64,000 nt of DNA from the NCBI GenBank assembly GCA_964016885.1, contig OZ024741.1:96782001-96846000 (forward strand). The letters run 5' to 3'. Positions 51,715 through 64,000 of the stretch are shown here, in pieces. Under the pieces are notes generated by a model. That model saw only the letters and a program-made list of their open reading frames with translations. It was not told the DNA's origin and searched no databases. The first letter of the stretch is position 1, and each line of letters begins with the position of its first letter. The DNA comes from Eledone cirrhosa (Eukaryota). The translations under genes were made by a program, and so were the position numbers.

Positions 51715-54700
51715 ATCTATCTATCTAAGGCGGGTAAAATTCCCGAGATCCATGGATGAGTTCTCTCCAGCGGTCTCTGTCCCTCATTATCGCTGCCATG
51801 TCCTGCATCTCCAACAGACCAGTGTCTGTCCTTAGGGCATCAACATACGTTAACCTTGGTCTTCCTCTTCTAGTGTGTCCATGTAGGGGCTCCCAAAGGA
51901 GCACTGAGTGCAATGTTAACTCAGGATGTCGGTGAGCATGTCCAGCCAACCTCAGTCTCCTCTGTGTCACTTTTGAGCTGACTTTTGGGATGCTCCCATA
52001 CAGCTCTGAGTTTTTCATCCTCAGTGTATACTGATTAATGTTCAGAGCCATCCTCAGCATTCTCGTATAGCACCCATCCACCATCTGAGTGAGTTTCTTG
52101 GTCAGTGTCCAAGTCTCAGACCCATACAGCAGCACAGACTCCACTACAGCAATGAAGAGGCGGATTATCAGGTCTCTACGAAGGTCCGACTTCCACACCG
52201 ATCTCAAGCTGTGGCACGCCGCCTAGGCCTTGCTCTTCCTCTCAACCACATCATCTTCCGTATTCCCAATCTTTGCTCCCAAATACAGGAAGTCCTCAAC
52301 CAATTCCAGCGGCTTCCCGCCTACATTAGTGATCCCCTCTGGCTTCTCAACATTCTCTACCAGATATTTTGTTTTAGTCTTATTCATTCTCAGCCCCACA
52401 CTCATCGACACAGTCTCAACCTCCCGCATCAAATCCTCTGCCTCCTTCACTGTATTTGTCACCAAAACTATGTCGTCGGCAAATTCAGCATCCGATACCT
52501 TTTCGCCCTAACTCTCCTGCTCTGAGCCGGTGCTACACTAAAGCCAGAGTCCTGGTGTTTCTCCAGTGCAAGGTGCATACGATAGTCCACTACGATGATA
52601 AAAAGCTAGGGAGCCAATGTATCTCCCTGGAGCACTCCAGCCAGTATCTCAAAGAACTATGTCATCCCATCAGGTGTAATGACTTGGGCTTTGGTGTTGG
52701 TGTAGAGCAGTGATATCAGGTCCACTATCTTCTTGGGGATTCCATAAGCCTGTAAGATCTTCATCAGGCAGTAACGGTCCACAGAATCAAAGGCCTTCCT
52801 AAAGTCAATGAAAACCATGACCGCAGGAAGGCACTTTGCTCTAGCTCCCTCTAATATCCTCCTCAGCATCAGGATGTGACTGGTGGTTGATCTACCCTCT
52901 CTTAAGCCGTTCTGGTTGTCCCTGAGCTTCTTCTCCATCTCAGTCTTGATCCTGTTAAGAATCATCCCGTTGAGGGTCTTTGCCACAAGTGACGTCAGTG
53001 AGATCCCCCGGTAGTTATTGGTGTTAGAGAGAACTCTCTTCTTTGGCACTGGGACGATGTTACTGATCCTGCACTGATTCGGGGCAACCCCTTTCTCCAG
53101 TGCCCCGTTACAGAACCCCATGATGATATCATCAAAATCACACCTCTTCATCACCTCTGATGTCACTCCATCTTCTCCATGAGCCTTGCCCTCCTTGATC
53201 TTCTTCTTGGCTCTCTGAAGCTCCTCTCTGGTGAAGGGCTCTGTCTCAACATCCAGTTCCTCAAACAGCCGCCTGATCTCCCCAGTGCTCTGGGCTGTGG
53301 AGGATGGCTCTCCTAGTAGGGTCCTAAAATGGTCTAGCCATTTCCTCTTCCTATCCTCGGGCCCCGTTCCCTGGATTTGACTCGAACACCTTCTCTTCCT
53401 CCCTGTGATCTCGTTGATGATCATCCAGCTCTCCTTACATCCAGATCTGTCAACCGCTCTCTCCACGCTTCTGATCTTCTCTATGAGTGCCTCCTCTCTG
53501 ACCTCAGTGTAAGCGGTACAGAGCTCTTCCCTCATCACCTCCACGGTCTCCATCCTCCCTCCGTAGGATCAGCATAGAATTGGTCCCTGGCAGCTTTCAG
53601 GTGTTCTCTGGCTGCACACACTTTTGGGTTTGCAGAGCTGACGTGCTTCCTTTTGTTCTTTTTCCTCGGCACCAGGGTTTCACTTGCTTCCGCCACTGCA
53701 TTGATGAAGTGCCCGTACCTCCTCGTCACACACTCCTCAGTCCATCCAATCTCTCTCTCCTCTGACTCTCCACACAGAGCACTAAACCTGTTTCTCACTT
53801 CCACTGTGAACCTCTCCTGTAGCTTATCATCTTCCTTGAAAGCTCCCCAGTCATAGATTGTTCTCCGGGACTGAGCCTTGCTCTTTCTTAAGCTCACGCG
53901 TACCTCACTCATAACAAGCCGGTGGTCACTACCCAGTGTACTGAAATAGCTGTATGGTTCCGTGTTCAGAACACTATTCCGCCACTTTTTCCTCACCAGA
54001 ATGAAATCAATCTGGGACTTGGACAGGTGCATATCTGAGATGTAGGTCCACATCTTCCCCAGATTCTTCCTAAACCTTAGGTTGGTCGCCATCAAGTTCG
54101 CCTCCAGCAGGGTGTCTCTCAGTAGTCTTCCATTTCGGTTGGTGTTGTTATGGAAGTACCAGCAAGGATCTTCACTGCCCTCCTTACTCAGATGTGCATT
54201 GAAGTCCCCCAAAACAAGCAGGATGTTGTGTGCCTGAGTGGTGTTGACAGCTCTACACACCTCCTCATGGAACTCTTCCGCATTCACATCACTGTCCCAC
54301 TCGGTTGGACTATAGGCTGAGATGACTGTCAGTCTTGGGTTTCCATTGAAGGTCACCCTCAACACTCGCGGGGAGATAGGCATTATTTCCCTCACCAACA
54401 GATTGGTTTTTGCACTGAACACAAAACCCACTCCTCCTACTGCAGCATTTGTTGTGTTCTTCACTGCCGATGTAGTGATGAGCTGGCTCTTCCTCCCGAT
54501 CATCACTCCTCACGGGCTCATCTTGTAGAATCCTGTGTTCTTAGATCGCAAGTATCTGTATACCACTCTCCTCGAACAGATGTCCCAACCCCTCTCTCTT
54601 CTCTAGCGTCCGAATAGTCCTCACATTCAAAGTGCCCATTTTGATGGCTCTTCTGCAGGACAAAACTGCATTCTTTATATTTGTCTCAGAGACAGCTGAT

Positions 54701-55025
54701 CCATCATCCACTGGCCCTCTCTGTGGCTCTAAGCCAGCAGAGTCATAACGACCAGGCTGCTCCTTGACAGTGTAATTAGGGGCTCTAACCCTAGTGCTGT
54801 TAGATCGACTCTCCATATTTCTTTTCAATGGTTGACAATACCTTACCGGCGCCACTCGAATAAGGTAGTTATTTAACCCATAAATGGAGCCCTAACAGGT
54901 ACTACCACCCCGGGCCAGGGCAGACCTGGGAGTCATGACAACTAAGGAGTAACTCCACATTCCCCACATCTCCTGAACTCCCGAACTGGAGCCTTGCCAC
55001 TGGATGTAGTTTAATGTCATACCCA
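51715..55025 (-). mobile_element. Near-full-length RTE-clade LINE (APE endonuclease plus reverse transcriptase), disrupted
   Basis: Consecutive minus ORFs: GTLNVRT, GGVGF, SAYSPT, LGDFNA, QIDFIL, SDH (APE); NYRGISL, FIDFRKAFDS, GVLQGDTLAP*, FADD (~52472-52483), FLYLG, LLYGSETW, GRPRLTY, DRDRWR. The stop at 51725 is followed by a (GATA)n tail. Several stops and frameshifts. Confidence 0.92.
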
Positions 55026-55157
55026 ATGTCGAGCCCAAATTCTTTGAATAGTAGGGACGATTTAGTAACGAATTGACCACATCGCTTCAATTATTCATTC
55101 TTTAATAAGGTATACAATCCCGCCTAGTAGTTCATCCGGTTCACCTTTTTAAAGTAT

Positions 55158-55845
55158 ACTAGACCAGCTGTGACCCGTTGGGTCGTGTTCATTTCAAAAT
55201 ATTTTAAAAATCATGTTCACTTAAAAAAATTTATTTAAATAATTAAAACATACACAGACATGTATATAATGTTAAATGAAACTGAAAGGTCTATATATAT
55301 ATACGTGTGTGTATGTATATATATATAAATGTGTGTTTGTATACATATATGTTTGTATATATATATATATGTATGTGTGTGTGTATATATATGTGTGGGT
55401 GTCTGTGATCTATATACACTGGTCATAGACACACACATACACATATATACACACATATATACATACACCCACACTTACGTATATATATATATATATACAC
55501 AGCAACACCACCAGCTCTCTCTCTTCCATTCTCCTTCTCTGTCTCCTCTGCCTCTCTCTGTGTCTCTCTTTCAATCTACTCTCTCACAACCTCTATCTCT
55601 TTCTCTCTATCCTTCTCTCTAACTCACTCTCTCTGTTCATGAAGGTACCCAGAAAACCCATATCTCGGGATCCCGTGCTTGGATTTACGTGAAACTTGTT
55701 TTATTCCATTTGTATTCCCATTTCAGGTTCAACTTCCTTTCAAAGTATTTTCCCATTATGCGCCCTTTTGGCTGTATTACATTACAGACACACAAGCAGG
55801 CAATCAATCAAACAAGCAATCAATCACAGGCTTTTAGTAATATAT
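55158..55845 (+). mobile_element. Possible non-autonomous Helentron/Lep1-like element
   Basis: Starts TACTAGACCAGCTGTGACCCGTTGGGTCG (short hairpin), has internal microsatellites, and ends with ACAGACACAC-type repeats then GCTTTTAGTAATATATA. Confidence 0.3.
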
Positions 55846-55989
55846 AAATTGGGTTATGTGTATATAGCTATGCATGATTTTATGTGTCTATCCTAGGATG
55901 TGTGTCTATATCTATATATATAAGGTAAAGTAAGGTTTCGTGTAGGTCTGCACATGAGCGTGTAAGTTTATATATGTATATATATATAT

Positions 55990-56050
55990 ATATAAATGTA
56001 AGTATGTATGTATACGTACATACATATATGTATACAGACGTACAGTAGCA

Positions 56051-56134
<84 letters not shown>

Positions 56135-56714
56135 CAGGTACACATACATATATGCACGCATCAGTTTAGCGGACGCTTATTATAACGCAGCTTTGTTCGT
56201 TTGTCAACAAACTGAACAGCCTGAATTTATGCCATACTGTGTTAAGGCAACCACGTCACCTTTTTGTTCAACACTGACACAGGAACGATGTACTAGTTTC
56301 AAGCTTGTTAGCTATCATCAGCACCGTTTACCCATCTGCCAGATAGTTGAACGTTCAAAAGTATATACTTTCCTTATGAAAATTAACGGCTGAGCAGCCT
56401 AATTTGCATATTGAGTGAGTTAAATTGAGTGAGTTAAAGCGTGCATATATGTATGTGTACCTGTATGTATATATATATGTATATATTGGTAAACGGAATA
56501 GAAAATGCTGACAAATTGTTCACAGTTGAAAAATGGTTTAATTAGGAATAAAAGAGTATTAGTGATTGTATGGGTTAGTATTCAGTTGTGGTTTTAAGTT
56601 TTTAAGTTTTTACCGGTTGCGCATTTCTAAATGCTTTTCAAAAATAATTTTGAGATAGAGTGTCCGTGCTGTTTGCTCTGAATATATTTATATATTTGCT
56701 ATGTATATATTTGC

Positions 56715-56782
<68 letters not shown>

Positions 56783-56885
56783 TGCTACTGTACGTCTGTA
56801 TACATATATGTATGTACCTATACATACATACTTACATTTAAGTAAGTGCCATACTAAGAGTGAGAAATGAAATTTCGTTTTCATT
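55990..56885. mobile_element. Dispersed fold-back copy of the 35-36.7 kb HHR family (minus arm ~55990-56420; plus arm ~56439-56885, interrupted at ~56487-56716)
   Basis: Reverse complement of the ~470-bp unit, followed by a forward CATGCTACTGTACGTCTGTATAC...GAGAAATGAAAT segment. Confidence 0.85.
56286..56326 (-). ncRNA. Minimal type I hammerhead ribozyme motif (CTGATGA core)
   Basis: Minus strand CGGTG-CTGATGA-TAGCTAACAAGCTT-GAAAC-TA-GTA-CATCG. Differs from the 35.9 kb copy only at the variable core position 7. Confidence 0.8.
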
Positions 56886-56896
56886 TTTTTTTTCAA

Positions 56897-56977
<81 letters not shown>

Positions 56978-57648
56978 CTTTATATATGAGGGTGTACACA
57001 TGTAGCACCTTGACTATATTACGATATATTTTGATACGGGAAGATTTTTTATATAGACACAGTTGTCTGCTGGATACAATTCCAGGATTATTAATATATA
57101 TTTTATAACAGAAATGCCTGTGTGATTATTTACTCCGTGTTTATGTCTGTCATTCCCAACTGTTAATCCCTAAGAAAGTTACTCTTCCGTCAGACCTATA
57201 TGACGTGTAAACACACGGTACTGATTCTGAATGAAAGTGACAGTTGTCTACTATCAGCTTTGTTGTAGACTATCATGTATGTTTATATGTGTTTGTATGT
57301 TGTTATATATACTATCATGTATAGGTGTACAGGAGTGATAATACCTATATGCGGGTATATAACTATGTGTTTATATTCCTGTTTATATTTGGGAAAGAGT
57401 GTATTTATTTGGGGATCTATACTGTCATATTTAATCTTAATACTGTTGATATCAAAGTGATCATCTTATAATATCTAAGTGGTCGTATGCATAATTGTAT
57501 ATATTTTCATTTGTGGAAACACTCACTTCTAGATACATGGGTCTGTATGGGCGTGTATGTATAGTTTCATACAGGTGTATAGGTATAGATAGGTTTGTGT
57601 GTATTTATAGGCATCTGTGAGTAGATGCGTATATAGGTGTGTGTGTAT

Positions 57649-57681
<33 letters not shown>

Positions 57682-57707
57682 AACAAGTATGACCCCGAGA
57701 CAGAGCT

Positions 57708-58345
57708 CATACCTATTACCCACTCTACTACCTTAAGTGTTGAGTACTTTGGTGCGTTATGGTCCATCTGGTTCCTTACCACATTTCCTTCGTTTTATAT
57801 ATATATATATATATTTATATTAATGTATATATATATGTATATATATATACATCAACGTATGAAAATCTCAGAAACTCCCTTTGACATGAACATTAATATA
57901 ACTAATATTTACTGAAGTTTCATATTAGAAATGTTTCCATAAATACCGACATTGCATACACATACTGCTATCTTATTTAATTAGATATATTGGTTACCCC
58001 AATGCTCAATAGATATAAGCACACCGAAAACATAATGAAACATTTATATATTAACACAAATTATTCATTATCCATTACATTTTAAAATTATTTTCTAATT
58101 AATGATATCATTTTCAAATCTACGTAATACATTCTGTTCCTCGTTGAAACTTGCAATCATAGAATTTAATATTAAACTAGGATTATCATCAAACACTATA
58201 TATATAATAAAAGTTTGTAAAGGAACAGGGGCTGTGTTGTTTCTGGATAATATATACATAACAAAGAGGGTGTGGTAAGCAACCAGGTGCACCACAACGC
58301 ACCAGAGTACTCGATACTTAGGGTAGTAGAGTGGGTAATAGGTAA
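57708..58345. repeat. Diverged inverted pair (~57708-57795 and ~58260-58345)
   Basis: TACCTATTACCCACTCTACTACC(T)TAAG..GAGTACT..GGTGCGTT versus AACGCACC.AGTACTC..CTTAGGGTAGTAGAGTGGGTAATAGGTA. Confidence 0.7.
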
Positions 58346-59393
58346 AGAATCAGGACCCCGACGGCTGAGCTCCGGCCGGTTCGAAAGCTAGAATATATAT
58401 ATATATATATATATATATTAGCTGTCGAAACGTATACTGTACTGCAACGTATATTGTATCTATTCAGAAAATATTTCACATCTGTCATTCCAGCATATTA
58501 CAGTAAGATAATATTCTTCAATATATAGAAAGCTCTACGGCTAATTGATTAAACGCAGTTTTTATTACGTATACATTACGTATACATTGTATATGGAAAT
58601 ATATTAATTCCAGCCATATATTTTTATAGGGTGTATTCTGCACACGCGGCTAACGCTCTATGTGATCGTGCGATTTCCTACAAATAACAGGCAAGTTTCT
58701 TTCAATAACATCTAACCTTCTTTCAAAGAAATGAGAAAAGGAATGTTCAGATGGGTAGCTTTTCAGTGGCTTTGACCACCATAGCTCTGTTTAACAAATG
58801 CTAGATGAAATCAATTGTTAACAATCCTTATACGCCAAATGAGTTCTAATATTGATTTTCTATCTTTTGTCTAACACTGTGATATATGCTGCTTGTAAAT
58901 TATTTTAGCTATTAACTATTTAAAATTATCTATGTTCATTTTGCATAATACAGAGAGATTAAACATGTAACAAATTTAAGAAAAGAAAATCTATATTTAT
59001 ATTAGATTAACTTGAAACGCGCTACCCTGCCATAATGAATTATGTATTCTCTCTTTGTAGAGAACTTCAATTAATCCATAAATTAATTTAAAAAAATGGA
59101 ACCTTGCAAAATCCTTTGGTTCTTAAATCTAGTTACACGTTTTCGATCTCTAAAATAATGTATGAATGGATATGTTACTCTATGTAATTATGTGTATTAT
59201 TCACATGCCTGATATAACAATGGAAAGAGTGATCGAGCAGAAATTTGTGAAAGGCAATATATGTAGAAGGAAATAACATTTCTGTTAATTAAATATAGAA
59301 AAGGAGAGCCAGGAAGAAAAATATATCAAAACAGTTGTTTCTATCTACATGACAATCTAAATTAGAGTGTGTATTTAGAGAAGCTCTCTCCTC

Positions 59394-59484
<91 letters not shown>

Positions 59485-59622
59485 AATAGGATTTCGCTTC
59501 AAGCAAAGCTTTAAACAATTTGTATAAATATTATTTCGTATCTCCAAAGAAATACGCTTTTAGGAAGCCGTGTGTGGGTATAAGTATAAATATATATATA
59601 TATATATTTATACACACACACC

Positions 59623-59658
<36 letters not shown>

Positions 59659-60161
59659 CAGTATTTTCCGTTGTGTTGTAATATAACGATCAAAAGTTTA
59701 CCCTAAAATGGGAAAAATTAGCTAAAACCCAAAGCTTTTCCAGGAGCCAAAATTTCTGCAAATTGTGTAATCTTGAGATTTATTACATAATCACACACAA
59801 GAAGAAACTGCTGAATAACAGAATTGAACGAACATTATTCTGCCGTCACAGAACTAAAACCCTTTTTTCCCACTACAAGCCGAATATTACATAAAAGAGG
59901 GACATCCCCCAACTATATAAACATTAATCTAGTTAGAAAAATATAAAAACAATCTCTTCTCAACATATATTAATAACCTTAAATTACCACACTAATAATG
60001 GAAAGATATGCTGATGAGAATAGGTACAAATATGCGATAATGAATGTGTCTAAAAACGTCCATAAGTATGTATATATATGTGAAAATGTATATAAATAAG
60101 TAAATATATATATATGTTTGATGTGTATAGTTAGATGTAAGTGTATTCATGTATTAAAGTG

Positions 60162-60228
<67 letters not shown>

Positions 60229-60938
60229 ATATGTGTATATGGATGTGTATGTATGTGTATGTGTGTACACATGGACTAGAGTATGTATGTATATATGTGT
60301 GTGTCTATACGTGTGTATATAAAGATAAGTTGAGTATGAAAATGTATACACATGAGCGCGTATGTATGTACATGAATACATGTGTGTATATATATGTGTA
60401 TGCATGTGTATATATATGTAAGTATGAATATGTGAATTGTGAGTATACGTATTTTGTAGAGGTGTGCAAATATATTTGTTTGTGAATGCGTGGGTGAAAG
60501 GATACGTACACTTGAAAGAACAATTTAAGTCTGAATGTTAATTAAGTGCAAACACAAAACCAACCACGCATATCTTTACTATCTCTAATCCTTCTATAGA
60601 TTTAGAAAAATAACCAATAATATATTCTATAAAAAATGTCAAAACAACAGATGGGAATCTAATTACTCACTGCCACCAAGAATTCTCACTGCTATCGAAA
60701 AACCACTCCTTCAACTATTCTTCTAACAACTTCACCCCTCCCTCCTAATATTCTCTATAAAAACTAAATAGGTCCTCAGTAATATTATTCTGATGAAATG
60801 ACAGTAAATAATAACATTGAAATATTGAATGTCTGCATAACTAAAAGTTTGTAGATAGCAGCTGTTTTAGGTTATGTAACTGTTATAGAAACACGTGTCA
60901 ATAAATTCCTTTCAACTAAACTGTATCCATTCAAATCT

Positions 60939-61041
<103 letters not shown>

Positions 61042-61771
61042 TACATATAATTTCTATTATGCTTTTTACCAATGGGTAGAAACAGATTTTCGGGTTGGTA
61101 AACGAAGATGAAACAATTTAAATAAACCACTCAACTTTATGCAAATCATCCATCTTAGATGTGGTATCCAGTGGCTGGTGCAGAAACGGATTATATTCAT
61201 TAAATCTGTAAAAAAAATTTTCAAATTTTCTTCCGCGAACCCATTATATATATTTCGAGGAGCCAGATATACCATCCGATTATGGTGATTTCGTGTGTTA
61301 GGTATAATTGCAGAATTATGTAACAGAATTCCATTGAACCCGAACATGGAATAGAAGATAGGAGATAGAAAAAAAATAGTATATAGAAAATAGAAAATTG
61401 TATTTGGGGACGCCCTACAAATATAGTGTTATATCGATAAAAAGACGGGGACCATCTGTTTTCGATATAACACCATATTGGGTTCAACATAAACTTGTTA
61501 CATAATTCTGTAAATAGCAAATCTAGATTTGTATCATAATCGGATGACAGAGCTGGGCCATCGAAATATGTATAGTGCTATCGCTGAATTAAAATTCTAA
61601 AGTAAATTTTCCAGTCCGTCAGTCTGTTATTGTTTTAAATTAAAGTATATATATACATATATAAAATCTGGCTAATCAGTGGATCTGCTAATATGAAGAT
61701 CTGGCAGATCAGCCAGGCTGCTTATATGCAAAGTAGGCCGATCAGTCACTGTGTATTTTAGAAAATATCAT

Positions 61772-62002
61772 ATATTTTCACTAGCTCTGACAGTTGGCTG
61801 GTGAACAGTGAACTGTACTGATGAAGGGTATTACCCAGAAACATTAGTGTCGGCAGTTCTGTTTACGTGCCAACGCAAGAGCAAGAATTAGTGTGGGGGG
61901 GGGGGTTCATTCTTCAGACATGGCTTTACAAACTAGGCTTGTTTGCATAATTGCAAACAAATTGAATATTGTTATTAATATTCGACGGACTCAGATTAAA
62001 TT

Positions 62003-62003
<1 letters not shown>
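61772..62003 (+). mobile_element. pLTR-like repeat ending at (TA)n; copy of 38954-39160
   Basis: Shared sequence through CTCAGATTA(A/C)ATTTA. Confidence 0.7.
61810..61859 (+). ncRNA. Type I hammerhead ribozyme motif
   Basis: GAACTGTA-CTGATGA-A-GGGT-ATT-ACCC-A-GAAAC-ATTAGT-GTC-GGCAGTTC; helix I can be extended by GAACAG/CTGTTT. Confidence 0.75.
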
Positions 62004-62067
<64 letters not shown>

Positions 62068-63257
62068 TGCAAGCATACGTACTAACACTCAGACATATAT
62101 ATATATAACACGAAAAGCGTCCGTGACGAATTTGGGCAATATACGGTATTTGCCCTTATTTAAGAAGAGATGCTCAAATCACATATTAATATTTAGCATG
62201 TAGTAATTAAAGAAGTCATCTAAATAAATTTTATAGAATCAAAAATGTTTTACAGAGATGCCTATGTAGATTGAACCAGGAAACTGTCATATGTAGGAAG
62301 ACAATGATAACCATTAAGCTAGGCGAGCTGAAACTCTCTTACTCGCTTAGTTATCAGTCTAAATATGAGACGTGAAATGGAAATATACCGGGAAGCTTAT
62401 GAGAAATTGGCCAAGTTCGCAAGTTTGAACGGAAGCATTTTGTTACTTTTATTATGTTATATTAACATTAAAATAGCCGACAATTAGGGTAAATTACGCT
62501 TTGACATGAAACAAAGGTTAGATATGACTGGAGGAATAGAACCACGCATCGACATATTTTTCTCGGCAGCGATAAAATTCCTTCTGAAATAATCGCAATA
62601 TTAGCAATGTCTAGGCGTCTAACTAGTAGCGGCTTTCAGAAGCAAAAACTAAAGTTAGGTATTTATTTTCAAGAAGTGGAAAATGAAAGGAAAGCCGAGC
62701 TTCAGTACACGTTAAACAATGGACAACCTACTAGACAGGAAATTCTAATCCCGAAAATGTGGAATTGATATATAGTTGGTGAATGAACAAGTCTAATTTC
62801 ACTAAACATATTCAGGATCAGTAACAATACAATATTGTATTGTGACATTATTGACATAAGGTAAAGAGGCACGTTCTTCACATAAGAATAGTAACCCAAT
62901 ATTTCAAAGTGAAGAAAGAAACCATAATACTGAACAGAGGGCGATTCCAAGGATAATAACGTCATAACCTGAAGTAGTGGTTTAAGTAACGAGCCACATC
63001 CAATGTAAAAAGAAAGAAAGGGTACTTGTTGCATAACTAAGTTCATAACATTTACATGTTTAATTTAAAAATATATTTGCCAATATACACATTTAACTTT
63101 GCAAAGATATTTTAACCATCGTCAATGCATATAGATTTTTTGTGCACATACATACATTCATATATTTAAACCCTATACGCCACTTAAAATCCCTCACGCG
63201 TGCACTCGTACACATATATTCATGCATATAGAGGACATAATCATATATCTCTATGTC

Positions 63258-63445
<188 letters not shown>

Positions 63446-64000
63446 GACACACACACAAACATATAGATATTTGTCTATGTCTGAACTAGGTGTTTCTGTA
63501 TGTGTGTGTGTGCGCAGATATGTGCGTGTATTTATTTCCATGCACGTATATATCATTCAATGAGAATATCTGCACGTATGTATGTGTGTGATGTTATGTG
63601 TATAAAGTCACATATACTCACTTTCCTTAGAGAATATTGTATTATTGAGCAGGATTACTGTCTACCCATGTAAGTGCCGGTATTTCAGTGAAATCAGATA
63701 TAAAGCAGATCAGCCAAAGTTACTTTTACTGCATGCCCCATCTATTCCAAGTCAAGGGTTCTATTGTAAACGTACAGATAAAACTGATAACAATGAGCAT
63801 AAATTTTTGGTATTCATTGCCTTCGAAAATATATGCTTCATCCTTTAGCCTCTACTATTGCTTTCTCCATGAATCTTCTGTCTATTTGTTTTCTTTCTTT
63901 ATTTCCAATGTCTTCCATGTTTGTTGCCGCCATGTTTTTACATTTTAACTCACGTTTTTCTTTTGTTGACTTCAGCGAAAGAATCTGATTTTATTTCAAT

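Noticed and set aside
61060-61600. PLE reverse transcriptase remnant on the minus strand
   Set aside because: A faint resemblance to GVAMG..MGPS..LFVG and F..LN..P motifs needs several frameshifts; a profile search is required.
62105-63050. Mariner-like DNA transposon remnant
   Set aside because: No clear terminal repeats or catalytic motif could be confirmed by eye.

Overview
AT-rich, microsatellite-dense animal DNA with no supportable host gene. The SINE family and repeat landscape suggest an octopus or other coleoid cephalopod (inference). Almost all short ORFs in the track are (TA)n/(CA)n artefacts. Recognisable mobile elements: a near-full-length but disrupted RTE-clade LINE (-, ~51.7-55.0 kb), a decayed Dong/R4-type LINE (+, ~40.45-43.49 kb), Penelope-like element (PLE) coding remnants with GIY-YIG motifs, about 15 copies of one tRNA-derived SINE (several with target-site duplications, TSDs), and fainter L1/Tx1, mariner, Tigger, Helentron-like and solo-LTR traces. 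The main hidden signal is non-coding. At least seven unrelated small repeat families carry a minimal type I hammerhead ribozyme (HHR) motif and sit in or beside (TA)n tracts. They include a near-identical 310-bp tandem/inverted array with eight HHRs (7.29-9.90 kb) and ~470-bp tandem units. In all ten fold-back loci I could orient, the two arms point their 3' ends outward. Several HHR cores are non-canonical. Everything was read by eye; ribozyme activity and family names are untested.
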